Counted from the stretch's first letter, positions 9,120 to 18,849 are shown. The stretch is 19,371 nucleotides of DNA from Octopus sinensis (GCF_006345805.1 NW_021824275.1:1-19371), one strand, 5' to 3'. Notes: a model not told the origin generated them from the letters alone. Translations and numbers: made by a program.

Positions 9120-9744
9120 CATACACACAGACACGTGTGTGTGTGTGCGTGTATAATGGTCTCATCATTGAGTAGGTCAAGAAATAAACTGCTCTCAGAG
9201 TAAAATTTACAGCTTTTTGTCGAAAATGACACCACGTTGATAATGGAGAAAATTGCCAAAATTTTCTCGGTTCCGTGTGGGCATTCATGACTCGGGAAGC
9301 TGCTAAACGTTGCTTTTCCCTTCTTTCGTTAGATACGTTTCTTGAAGCAAGTAAAAGGCTCGGTTGTAAAATGGAAAGTAGAATAGAAAATATATAAATA
9401 TGATGCAAGGTCTTCTAGTCTTCTAGTCCGACATATCGATATTGTTTTCTGTGCTACCGAAAACAAAAGAATTAATGCGACAAATAAATGTTAATGGAGC
9501 TTAACACACAGAATTATATTTTTTTAATACTAAATACATTCGAAAACCAACAACTGAGTCACATACTAAAATAAAAATACGAATCTTACTTTATCTCATA
9601 ATCATGGACTCACGTTTTGATCGATTGTGTTCAGGCTCTTCGATGAGGTTAGGAAATAAATAAAGAAACTGGTTTTAGTTCTTAAACACATGTATTCGTT
9701 TATACACATTAGTTCTTTCCTCTCTCTCTCCTCTTTCCTCCCCC

Positions 9745-9752
9745 TCTCTATC

Positions 9753-9786
<34 letters not shown>

Positions 9787-9840
9787 CGTCCGTCCGTCTG
9801 TCTGTCTGTCTGTGTGTCTATCTGTCTGTATGTCTGTCTT

Positions 9841-9883
<43 letters not shown>

Positions 9884-10013
9884 CTATCTATCTATCTATC
9901 TATCTGTCTGTCTGTCTGTCCGTCCGTCTGTCTGTCTGTCTGTCTGTGTGTCTATCTGTCTGTCTGTCTGTCTTTCTATCTATCTATCTATCTATCCATC
10001 TATCCATCTATCC

Positions 10014-10065
<52 letters not shown>

Positions 10066-10095
10066 CTATCTGTCTATCTATCTGTCTATCTATAT
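9745..10095. repeat. Compound (TCTA)n/(TCTG)n/(TCCG)n/(TCCA)n tetranucleotide array
   Basis: Seen directly. Contains a 134-bp internal duplication (see findings). Confidence 0.95.
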
Positions 10096-10243
10096 CATTA
10101 TTTACATTATTTACATTTGACGAATATTTGTCCTCATCTTGTTTGTTGTTAACACAACATTTCAGCTGATATACCCTCCAGCCTTCTAAGGTGTCTTGGG
10201 GGAAATTTCGAACCTGGGTTCTCATTCCTAAGGTATTCCTCGA

Positions 10244-10276
<33 letters not shown>

Positions 10277-10383
10277 TATTATTATTATTAATATTATTAT
10301 TGTTCAGGTCACTGCTTGGAATCGAACTCGGAATCTTGGGGTTAGTAGCCTGCGCTCTTAACCACTACGCCATATGCTCGTGG
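10096..10383 (-). mobile_element. tRNA-headed SINE with internal (AAT)n and a 3' tail carrying a decayed hammerhead-ribozyme motif
   Basis: Minus strand: A box TGGCGTAGTGG (10372-10362), 7-nt loop CTACTAA, B box GAGTTCGATTCC (10329-10318), (AAT)n (10301-10246), hammerhead-like motif (10195-10151), and terminal tandem AATGTAAAT repeats (10118-10096). Confidence 0.8.
10151..10195 (-). ncRNA. Degenerate minimal type I hammerhead ribozyme motif (Penelope-like), probably inactive in this copy
   Basis: GACAC-CTTAGAA-GGCTG-gagggtatat-CAGCT-GAAA-TG-TT-GTGTT, compared with canonical stemI-CUGANGA-stemII-GAAA-CG-UH-stemI'. Stem I GACAC/GTGTT and stem II GGCTG/CAGC(C>T) pair. Confidence 0.6.
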
Positions 10384-10944
10384 AATGAATGAAGATAGTT
10401 GATCATGTAGGGTAGCAGCAATATACTCAGGCTGAGTCAATTTAATAGTGTGTAACACATTAACTATAATTTGGCTTTGTGCCTAATCAAAATTGGTTTC
10501 GTGTTTAATAAAAAGAAAATCAATATTATTTTTCTTTTTTTTGGTGTATCTGATGTTAACTTGGGTTAAATAGATTTATTGACTACATACATGTTTGGTT
10601 GTAGAAGACGAGAAGCGGCAAGAGAATGGAGATCGGAGGCAGAAAGTTGAAGAGAGCAAAATTAAATTTGGAGAATATTTTAATGCAAAAAAAAAAAATA
10701 TAAAAAAAAAATGAAATACGAAAAAAAAAGTAAAAAGGAAAATGAAACACAAAGGGCAACGAAGGCGATGATAAATAAAAGAATTCTTTTTTTTTTTTTA
10801 AATAGAATAATATAATTAAGGATAATTCAACAGAGAAATAAATGAATATCTGAAGAAAATATGTAAAAGAAATAGAAAGGACAGAGCAGGAAGGTTTATA
10901 GAAATTTGGGAAGAATGAAATACAGAATAATTAAAGTCAAGTAG

Positions 10945-10989
10945 ACGGGGAGGAGGAGGGGGGAGAAGGAGGAGGAGGAGGAGGAGGAT

Positions 10990-11015
<26 letters not shown>
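10945..11015. repeat. (GGA)n/(GA)n purine tract
   Basis: Seen directly. Confidence 0.9.
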
Positions 11016-11021
<6 letters not shown>

Positions 11022-11367
11022 AGGCAGGGTTGATAAATTAAATGTTAATAAAGTCCCAAAATAATAAGAGATCATGGCATTCAGAAAATGATATAAACAC
11101 ACACACACACATGATACATGAGCCTGTGTACATGTACAGTGATTGATATACAGATTCATATGTATACACGCACACAGATACGTACATACATATATGTGTG
11201 TGTGTGTGTATAATATGTATATTTAGATTGGTAAATAGATACACATATACATATATACATATATACATATGTATATGAAAATATATATCTATATTTGAAG
11301 ATATGTTGTGCATATATATATATGTGTGTGTGTGTATATGTATATCTTTGAAGATATTTTGTGCATA

Positions 11368-11406
<39 letters not shown>

Positions 11407-11489
11407 GTATATATATAGCCAGGTAATGCTCATGTCTGCAAACATATACTGTTTTTGCATGCATTCATACATTCCAAAATACAAACACA

Positions 11490-11830
11490 TACATATACAT
11501 ACATACACACATACTCACATACACACATACACACATACAGACATACATACATACATACACACATACACACATACATCATACATACATACATGCATACATA
11601 CACACATACTCACATACACACTTACACACATACAGACATACATACATACATACACACATACACACATACATCATACATACATACATGCATACATACACAC
11701 ATACTCACATACACACATACACACATACAGACATACATACATACATACACACATACACACATACATCATACATACATACATACATGCATACATATACACA
11801 TACTCACATACACACATACATACATACATA
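11490..11830. repeat. 95-bp higher-order minisatellite built from CATA/CACA units (about 3.5 copies)
   Basis: Marker motifs recur at exact 95-bp spacing: CAGAC at 11538/11633/11728, CATCA at 11574/11669/11764, ACTCAC at 11513/11608/11703 (then 11802). Confidence 0.9.
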
Positions 11831-12394
11831 CATAAATACATACATATACATATATACATTTATACGTACACACATACAAATACACATTCCTCGATGGTAT
11901 GTACCATCGCAGAGGCTTGGATACACTCAAATCATACATGAAGGCAGAAATCACCATGTTAACGTCTCAGAATACATCTATCCACCGCATACATAGATTT
12001 ATCTGTTCGCTAGACAGCGACTGGTAGATCATGCATTAGCCTATACAGACAGTTATATACTGATCTACTTAAGGTTAGTTCACAATCATCTTCGACTCCA
12101 GAGGGGAATGATGACGACCCACCTCCTTACCTACCAACGTGAATATATGTACGTACGTGCATAATGCATGCAGACAGACACACAGACACGCATCCTCAAG
12201 CGTGTGTACGTACAGAACAACAGAGAGACTGACAGATGTATAGACAGGACAGAAACCGAAAGAAATCGCTATGTAACTATATTACGTTATGGTACGTCTT
12301 CTTTAGCATGCAAGTGTATATGTGTGTATGTGTGTTATATATATATATATATATACATATATATATACATTCATATATATACATATATCCCCTG

Positions 12395-12427
<33 letters not shown>

Positions 12428-12533
12428 ATATATAAATATATATACATACATGAATATATATATATGTACATATGTATGAATGTATGCAAATATATATACA
12501 TATATATATTATGTAATGTAATGTTGTTAATGT

Positions 12534-12758
12534 GGAGGTACGTGGCTTAGTGGTTAGGGTGTCAGCATGATCGTAAGATTGTGGTTTCGATTCTTGAGCA
12601 AAACACTTCATTTCACATTGCTCCAGTCCACTCAGCTGGCAAAAATGAGTAACGCTGCAATGGACTGGTGATCCGTCCAGCTCGGGAACACATACGCCAT
12701 AGAAACCGGGAAACCGGGCCCATGAGCCTGGCTTGGCTTTAAAAAGGGCACAAAAAAA
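12534..12758 (+). mobile_element. tRNA(Arg-like)-headed CORE-type SINE with an internal deletion (candidate octopus OR family)
   Basis: A box TGGCTTAGTGG (12543-12553) and B-box-like GGTTTCGATTC (12583-12593). This joins directly to CORE-like TTGAGCAAAACACTTCATTTCACATTGCTCCAGTCCACTCAGCTGGCAAAAATGAGTA. Ends GGGCAC + A7. Confidence 0.85.
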
Positions 12759-13200
12759 TCTGAAATACACGGCCTAATTACAAATCGATTCTTAATGATG
12801 AGTTTTAGAGATTTCGTTACGCAGTGATTGGTAAATATATTTGTACAAATAAAACAGACCACACACGCACACACACACACACACACAAACATACACACAT
12901 ACACGGCTGTACACAACATACACATTTGCCCGTGCAGAACATGCAAACCTAAAGACAACGTACACAGAGGCCACACACATATGCTCATATACACGCACAC
13001 CTACACTTGTACGCGTTTTCTATTGTGACCTGGTCACCGAATTACTTGCGCACACACAACACAATACATACATCCATTTAAATATTCATACTATTTAAAC
13101 AGCGACCTATTTACCTCATTATTTACTCACAGGGATACAGAGGCAGGCACGCATACACATGTATTTATATGTGTGTGTATACACACACACACACACACAG

Positions 13201-13238
<38 letters not shown>

Positions 13239-13285
13239 GTACATATGTATGTATGTGTGTATGTATGTATGTATATATACATATA

Positions 13286-13397
13286 TCTTTTACTCTTTTA
13301 CTTGTTTCAGTCATTTGATTGTGGCTTTGCTGGAGCACCGCCTTTATTGGAGTAAATTAACCCCAGAGCTAATTCATTGTAAGCCTAGCACTTATTT
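13286..13397 (-). mobile_element. Older 3' fragment of the same SINE tail as 3226-3426
   Basis: TCTTTTACTCTTTTACTTGTTTCAGTCATTTGATTGTGGCTTTGCTGGAGCACCGCCTTT..TAAGCCTAGCACTTATT aligns to 3226-3340. Confidence 0.85.
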
Positions 13398-14409
13398 CTT
13401 TCAGAAACCAAATGTATATGGAGACGTTTGTGGAAAATATTATTTCAGTGAACTTAATCCATGTATTTTGGAACTTCTATTCTTGGACAGGAATTTAGGA
13501 AAATATATTCGATTAATGAAAACAGAAGACAAACACTAATAGGACAATTGCTCGTGATACTCTCCAAAGCCTTTTAGTTTGTATGTGTGTCTGTGTGTGC
13601 GCGAGTGCATGTGTTTGGATGCGTGTAAACATACATGTGTGGGTGTGTATACATACACAGACACACTCACACACATGCACACACACATTCATATAGATGA
13701 TTATGATTATCAAGATTCAGGAGAAGTAACAGGCAAATAAGATGTAATTTCGTATGTTTACAGCTGTTTCATAATTCGTTTTCATTTACATTATCGACTC
13801 TGATTTGAAGATGCTTACACATTCTAATTACTGCTCACAGTTACTATATACATACATCCACATATGCATATAAACATATACATATGTGTGTGGTGGTGTG
13901 TATTATGCATGAAGACAAAATAGAAGGCAGAGAAAAACCGAGTTCTTTGGAAAGAGCACGGATTTTTATAGAAACAAGAACCACCGTAATTGTCTGGTAA
14001 TTCTTATTAGCTTCTTCAAGCAGCGCAGTTAATCTATTCGTAGGCGTATTTGGAAGGCATCTATAAAAATGACGATGGTGATGGAGATATTTGAATAGGT
14101 TAAAACTACGTTTCTTCTGTCTAGGTCGACTGAAAGTTTTTCGGAGAAGAAAACTGAAAATAAATAAATAAATGAATTTAAAATGAAAGCTAAATAATAT
14201 GTATATATACACATATAATAATTATAAATAAATCTATAATAAAAAAATACAGTTTTACATTAAAATCTAATTATCTAATAAAACATACAAGGACTGTTAG
14301 TACATTGTGTGTTAGAACGTGAAAGGAATTAAATATTTATTTATTATTGAAATAATGAAAACTGCGGAAAGCTGCAAGTCTGAGAATAACAGTTCTTTTA
14401 GTTTAGTTA

Positions 14410-14482
14410 AATGTATGTATAGTTGTATATATGCATGCTCGCATATATGTATACATACATACAAAGATACATAATACATACA

Positions 14483-14517
<35 letters not shown>

Positions 14518-15000
14518 TCATATATATATATATATACACACACACACATATATATATATACATACATAAACTTATACATATTGATATACCTATGCATATT
14601 GATGTATATAGATGTATATGCTTATACGAACATAGGTATATATTTATGCATATATATAGAAGTCAATATATATACATATTTTTATGTATATATATATATA
14701 TATACATATATATTCATTTATATGCGTAGATGTATATACTTACACTTATACACACATACATACAGACACACATATACATCATATATATATATACACATAG
14801 AAGCCACACACATGCTTACACATTTTCGTGTCCGTGTAAATGTGTGTACATGCTTATATGCAATGTGTGTGCGTAATATGTATGTATATATGTATGTGTA
14901 TGTGAATGTATCACTATATGTACGTGTATGTGTGTATGTATATATGCATGTGTGTATATATGTCTGTATATGTATGTATGTATGTATGTGTCTGCGTATT
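14410..15000. repeat. Compound (CATA)n/(TA)n/(CA)n/(TG)n block
   Basis: Seen directly. Confidence 0.9.
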
Positions 15001-15242
15001 TCAAGTAACTTTTGTTATTTTCAAGCTGAGTCACAAGTTTGTGTCTCCAAATATATTTAATTCAGCTCTTATAAACAGCATGCTATTTCATAATAAATAT
15101 ATACATTTACAGGAAACTCACTGTTTAAACACAGAGTACATGGGTGCAGTTGGACTCATTGTGGTTAGAAAAGTTGAAGACGGTGTCCCCGAATTACGTT
15201 TCACATATCGTACTACATACAGTTAATATATTCAGTATAAAA

Positions 15243-15474
15243 TGCGGCGAGCTGGCAGAAACGTTAGCACGTCGGGCGAAATGCTTAGTGGTATTTCGTC
15301 TGGCGTTACGTTCTGTGTTCAAATTCCATTGAGGTCGACTTTGCCTTTCATCCTTTCGGGGTCGATTAAATAAGTACCAGTTACGCACTAGGGTCGATAT
15401 AATCGACTTAATCCGTTTGTCTGTCCTTGTTTGTCCCCTCTAAGTTTAGCCCCTTGTGGGTAGTAAAGAAATAA
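15243..15474 (+). mobile_element. Full-length SINE, same family as 8140-8370
   Basis: GCGGCGAGCTGGCAGAAACGTTAGCAC..GTTCAAATTCC..GAGGTCGACTTTGCCTTTCATCCTTTCGGGGTCGAT..GTTTAGCCCCTTGTGGGTAGTAAAGAAATAA. Collinear with 8140-8370. Confidence 0.93.
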
Positions 15475-15670
15475 GAAACGTTCGCACGACAGGCGAAATG
15501 CTTAGCGGTATTTCGTCTCTCTTTACGTTCAGAGTTCAAATTCCGCCGAGATCGAGTTTCATCCTCTTCGGGGTCGATAAATTTAGTACCAGTTGCATAC
15601 TGGGATCGATCTAATCGATTGGCCTCCCCGCCAAAAAATTTCGGGCATTGTGCTTAGAGTAGAAAAGAAT
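15474..15670 (+). mobile_element. Head-truncated SINE of a sister subfamily (same head and centre, different tail)
   Basis: AGAAACGTTCGCAC..GAGTTCAAATTCCGCCGAG..CGGGGTCGATAAATTTAGTACCAG. The tail is TGGCCTCCCCGCCAAAAAATTTCGGGCATTGTGCTTAGAGTAGAAAAGAAT. Confidence 0.88.
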
Positions 15671-15684
15671 ATTTGTCACCTATA

Positions 15685-15769
15685 AGGTGGTGAGCTGGCA
15701 GAATCGTTAGCACGTCGGGCAAAATGCTCAGTGGCATCTTGTTTGTCTGCACGTTCTGGGTTCAAATTC
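15685..15769 (+). mobile_element. SINE head only (A box to B box), 3'-truncated by the CT-rich tract
   Basis: AGGTGGTGAGCTGGCAGAATCGTTAGCACGTCGGGCAAAATGCT..GGGTTCAAATTC. Confidence 0.85.
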
Positions 15770-16480
15770 TCCTGTTCTCCCTTCTGAACTTCTTTCTACT
15801 CATCTCTTCTATACTTCTTCCCTCTTTTTCTTCAATACTCCCCTCTCTCTTCCTTTTATCTCTCCTTCCATCCCAATCTCATCTTATCTCTCCTCCCTTA
15901 CTTTCAGCTACTCTTCTCCATACTCTTTCCCATTCGTTCACAATTCTTTCCTCTTCTTTCACCTCATCCTTTTCTTTAACTCTTCAACCATTTCATTCTC
16001 TCATCCCTCTATTTGCTTCTTTCCTTTCCCAGGCATTTTTGTCTCTTTCTTAGTTTTTCCTTCTTGCATTTCTTCCCCATTCTTTCCCCATTTCTCCTTC
16101 AATTTCCCAACATCACTCCTCTCACCTCACCTTTATTGTAACTCTCACTCTCTCGCTCCAATCGTCTATGTTTGCTCTCTCTCTCTCTCTCTCTCTCTCA
16201 TGTTCTATCCGTTTCTCTCCGCTACTTTTAATCTCTCTAACGAGCTGTAACTCTCATTAGTATCTTTCACTCTCATTTTATTCTCTCTTTTACATTCACA
16301 CCCCCCCTCTCTTTCTCTTATTCCCTTTCTCCCCCCGTCTCTCTTTCTCCTTCTCATTCCCCCTCTCTCTTACCATTCTATCCCTTATCTCTCTCTCACA
16401 CAATTTGTCTTCCTTCCTACGTACTGTCTCTAATTCACTTTTCCGCACACACACTTCCTGTCTACCTCACGCTCGCCTTC
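15770..16480 (+). repeat. About 700-bp pyrimidine-rich (CT) low-complexity tract
   Basis: Plus strand is almost entirely C/T with scattered A. Includes (CT)n near 16175-16200. Confidence 0.9.
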
Positions 16481-16951
16481 TCACTTGTATTCCTTAGAAA
16501 CGCCATTTACCATTCCATGATTCTACATATATACAAATCAATTAATTCATTAATTTCCCGTTCTTAAATGCTGAATGTTATTAATATAGTTCGTGAAATG
16601 GAAATTCCGTTGACATTTGCCAAAGTTTTTCGCTTTTAGTATAACGACTCTTCAAACGTTTATTCAAATTCTGAGCTTGTGTCCAATTCTATCAGAATAA
16701 CCGTTTATCAAATATCTCGCTAACCCTGAGAACACAAGAAACAAACTATTCACAGAGTCATTGAGAATACAATGTCAATAATATTCCTCTTTTTATTTTG
16801 GTTTACATTCTCAGACTTTTCCACATTCATTCATCTGTTTCTAATAACTCTTTAATTTCGAAATTAAATAAAATTAGAAAGATTATATAAATTGGTTCCG
16901 TTTTGGGGAAGGAGCTGTGTCCACCGACGCGGTTAATGTTCCGCTTGAATA

Positions 16952-17294
16952 GTTACAAGTTGGTGGCTGCTGCAAAATAAAACAAAGACAAGGAGGGAAT
17001 TCTCGAGGGCCACCGTACTTTACTATGGAACTTAGGTGGGGGTCTTATTATGGGTGAGGATGTGAAGAGAGAGGGAAAGAGAGAAAGGGAGAGATGAAGA
17101 GCTAAAGAGAGAGAAGGAGGCATGGAGTGAAAGAGAGAGAGAGAAAAAGAAGGGGAGAGAGAGAGAGAAAAGGGAAGAGAGAGAGAAAAGGAGAGAGAGA
17201 CGAGAGGGACAGGTCACAATTTGGTGGCTGCTAGGAAAATAAAATGAAGACGGGGGGAATTTTCGAGGGTCACTGTACTGTAGTATGGACCTTA
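16952..17294. repeat. Diverged ~83-bp direct repeat (16952-17034 and 17213-17294) around a GA-rich spacer
   Basis: GTTACAAGTTGGTGGCTGCTGCAAAATAAAACAAAGAC..GGGAATTCTCGAGGGCCACCGTACTTTACTATGGAACTTA versus GTCACAATTTGGTGGCTGCTAGGAAAATAAAATGAAGAC..GGGAATTTTCGAGGGTCACTGTACTGTAGTATGGACCTTA. Confidence 0.88.
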
Positions 17295-17337
17295 TCAAAG
17301 TATCAAAGCCACCCACCCCCTCACATGTATATATAGT

Positions 17338-17713
<376 letters not shown>

Positions 17714-17886
17714 AGCGCATATACATTCATATGTACATGAGTCATCTACGTTGCTTTTATTATTTTTAGTACTATTATAAATATTGTTAATTTTTACAGT
17801 GTTGTTGTTGTTGTTGCTGTTGTTATTGTTGTCGTGGTCGTCCTCCTCCTCCTCCTCATCATCATCATCTCGATTATTATCATGAT

Positions 17887-18025
17887 GCCGAGGTCAACTC
17901 TCATTCTCAGTATTTCAGGGTCGATAAAGTACCAGTCGACTACAGTACTTTATACCAATAACCGAATATCTTCCTCCTCTTGAAATTCCTGGCCTTGTGA
18001 CAAAATTTGAAGCAATTATTTTTAT
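17887..18025 (+). mobile_element. Old, degraded SINE fragment (central domain and tail related to 15474-15670)
   Basis: GCCGAGGTCAACT..TTTCAGGGTCGATAAAGTACCAGTCGA..TTGAAATTCCTGGCCTTGTGACAAAATTTGAA matches the GAGGTCGAC..CGGGGTCGATAAA..GTACCAG domain and a GGCCTTGTG..A-rich tail. Confidence 0.65.
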
Positions 18026-18815
18026 CATTATCAGCACCATCATTGTTGGTCCTGTTTTTATTTACGTTAAAATTACTCTTAGAATTCATACTCTTGTAAC
18101 AGTTACGATTATAATGCATACAATCAGAACTAACACATTCAGAGGGAAAATTATTAGTAAGCCTTTAACTTTTGGGGGTGTATTTGGAATGTATATAAAT
18201 CTTGTTTCCTTTAGACCAAATAAGGGTTGTTATTGTGGAGGCTAAGTTAGGTGTTGTAGAATAAGAACGTTTAACCGTAGACTTGTTTGATATCTGCTAG
18301 CATTTATGCTGTGGTGGATAATTGCCCTTAAAAAGCGTAAAGAATAATTGGACAATGACAGATAGTGTAAATCGAAAGTTATACCAAATAATATTCCATT
18401 TTACATCTCATCCATTACTATTCAACGACAGAGTATTTTTATAAATGATAGAAGGCCTTATATGGGAAGCATATATTTAGAAATACTGTTTACTCCTACC
18501 AATACTTGAAATATTACCGCGACTTTTATTAGTTTTAGAGCTTGGATTACTTCGGGCTGGAGGTGCAGTAGAAACGTTGGCTGTTAGGTTTTTCTATTGC
18601 ATATATTAACTTTATTGTAATTCACTAACAGATTTGGTATAAGAGGGTTTAGTATTATTTTTATATGCGAAGGAATTCGAAGTATTATTTACAGGATAAG
18701 TCGGTAAAAGATTATATTTATCTTTATCATGAGGGATATTTAATAATTCATATTCGCTTTTAATAAGATTACGGTAACGCATCCAATTAGTATTTGTCAC
18801 GGAAGATAATTTATT
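18020..18815 (-). pseudogene. Decayed AT-rich ORF of unknown origin, probably transposon-derived (Penelope-like N-terminus is a weak guess)
   Basis: The frame of ORF 18800-18612 continues to about 18020 with only 7 stops in about 265 codons (about 20 expected at ~68% AT by my rough estimate). N/K/S/T-rich: ..NWMRYRNLIKSEYELLNIPHDKDKY..SRGNISSIGRSKQYF*IYASHIRPSIIYKN..KWNIIWYNF.. Confidence 0.45.
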
Positions 18816-18849
18816 TTATGTACATATTTAATTATTTTTATCTTTGCAT

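Noticed and set aside
9115-9408. Minus-strand ORF with a signal-peptide-like N-terminus (MHHIYIFSILLSILQPSLLLA)
   Set aside because: The hydrophobic start comes from a T-rich tract, the ORF ends in a CA repeat and MITE, and there is no convincing splice donor or recognisable domain.
10300-10383. tRNA gene
   Set aside because: Has A and B boxes but no acceptor-stem pairing and a broken anticodon stem. It is a SINE head. The same applies to 8790-8848, 12534-12593 and 17338-17403.
13025-13037. GTGACCTGGTCAC palindrome resembling a nuclear-receptor element
   Set aside because: The half-sites overlap in a non-canonical geometry, and a short palindrome is expected by chance.
13405-13539. KPNVYGDVCGKYYFS, reminiscent of a C2H2 zinc-finger linker
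   Set aside because: Lacks the first Cys and both His residues. The preceding acceptor-like tract is the end of a SINE fragment.
16851-16868. Perfect 18-bp palindrome TTTAATTTCGAAATTAAA
   Set aside because: Almost entirely A/T in AT-rich DNA, with no supporting context.
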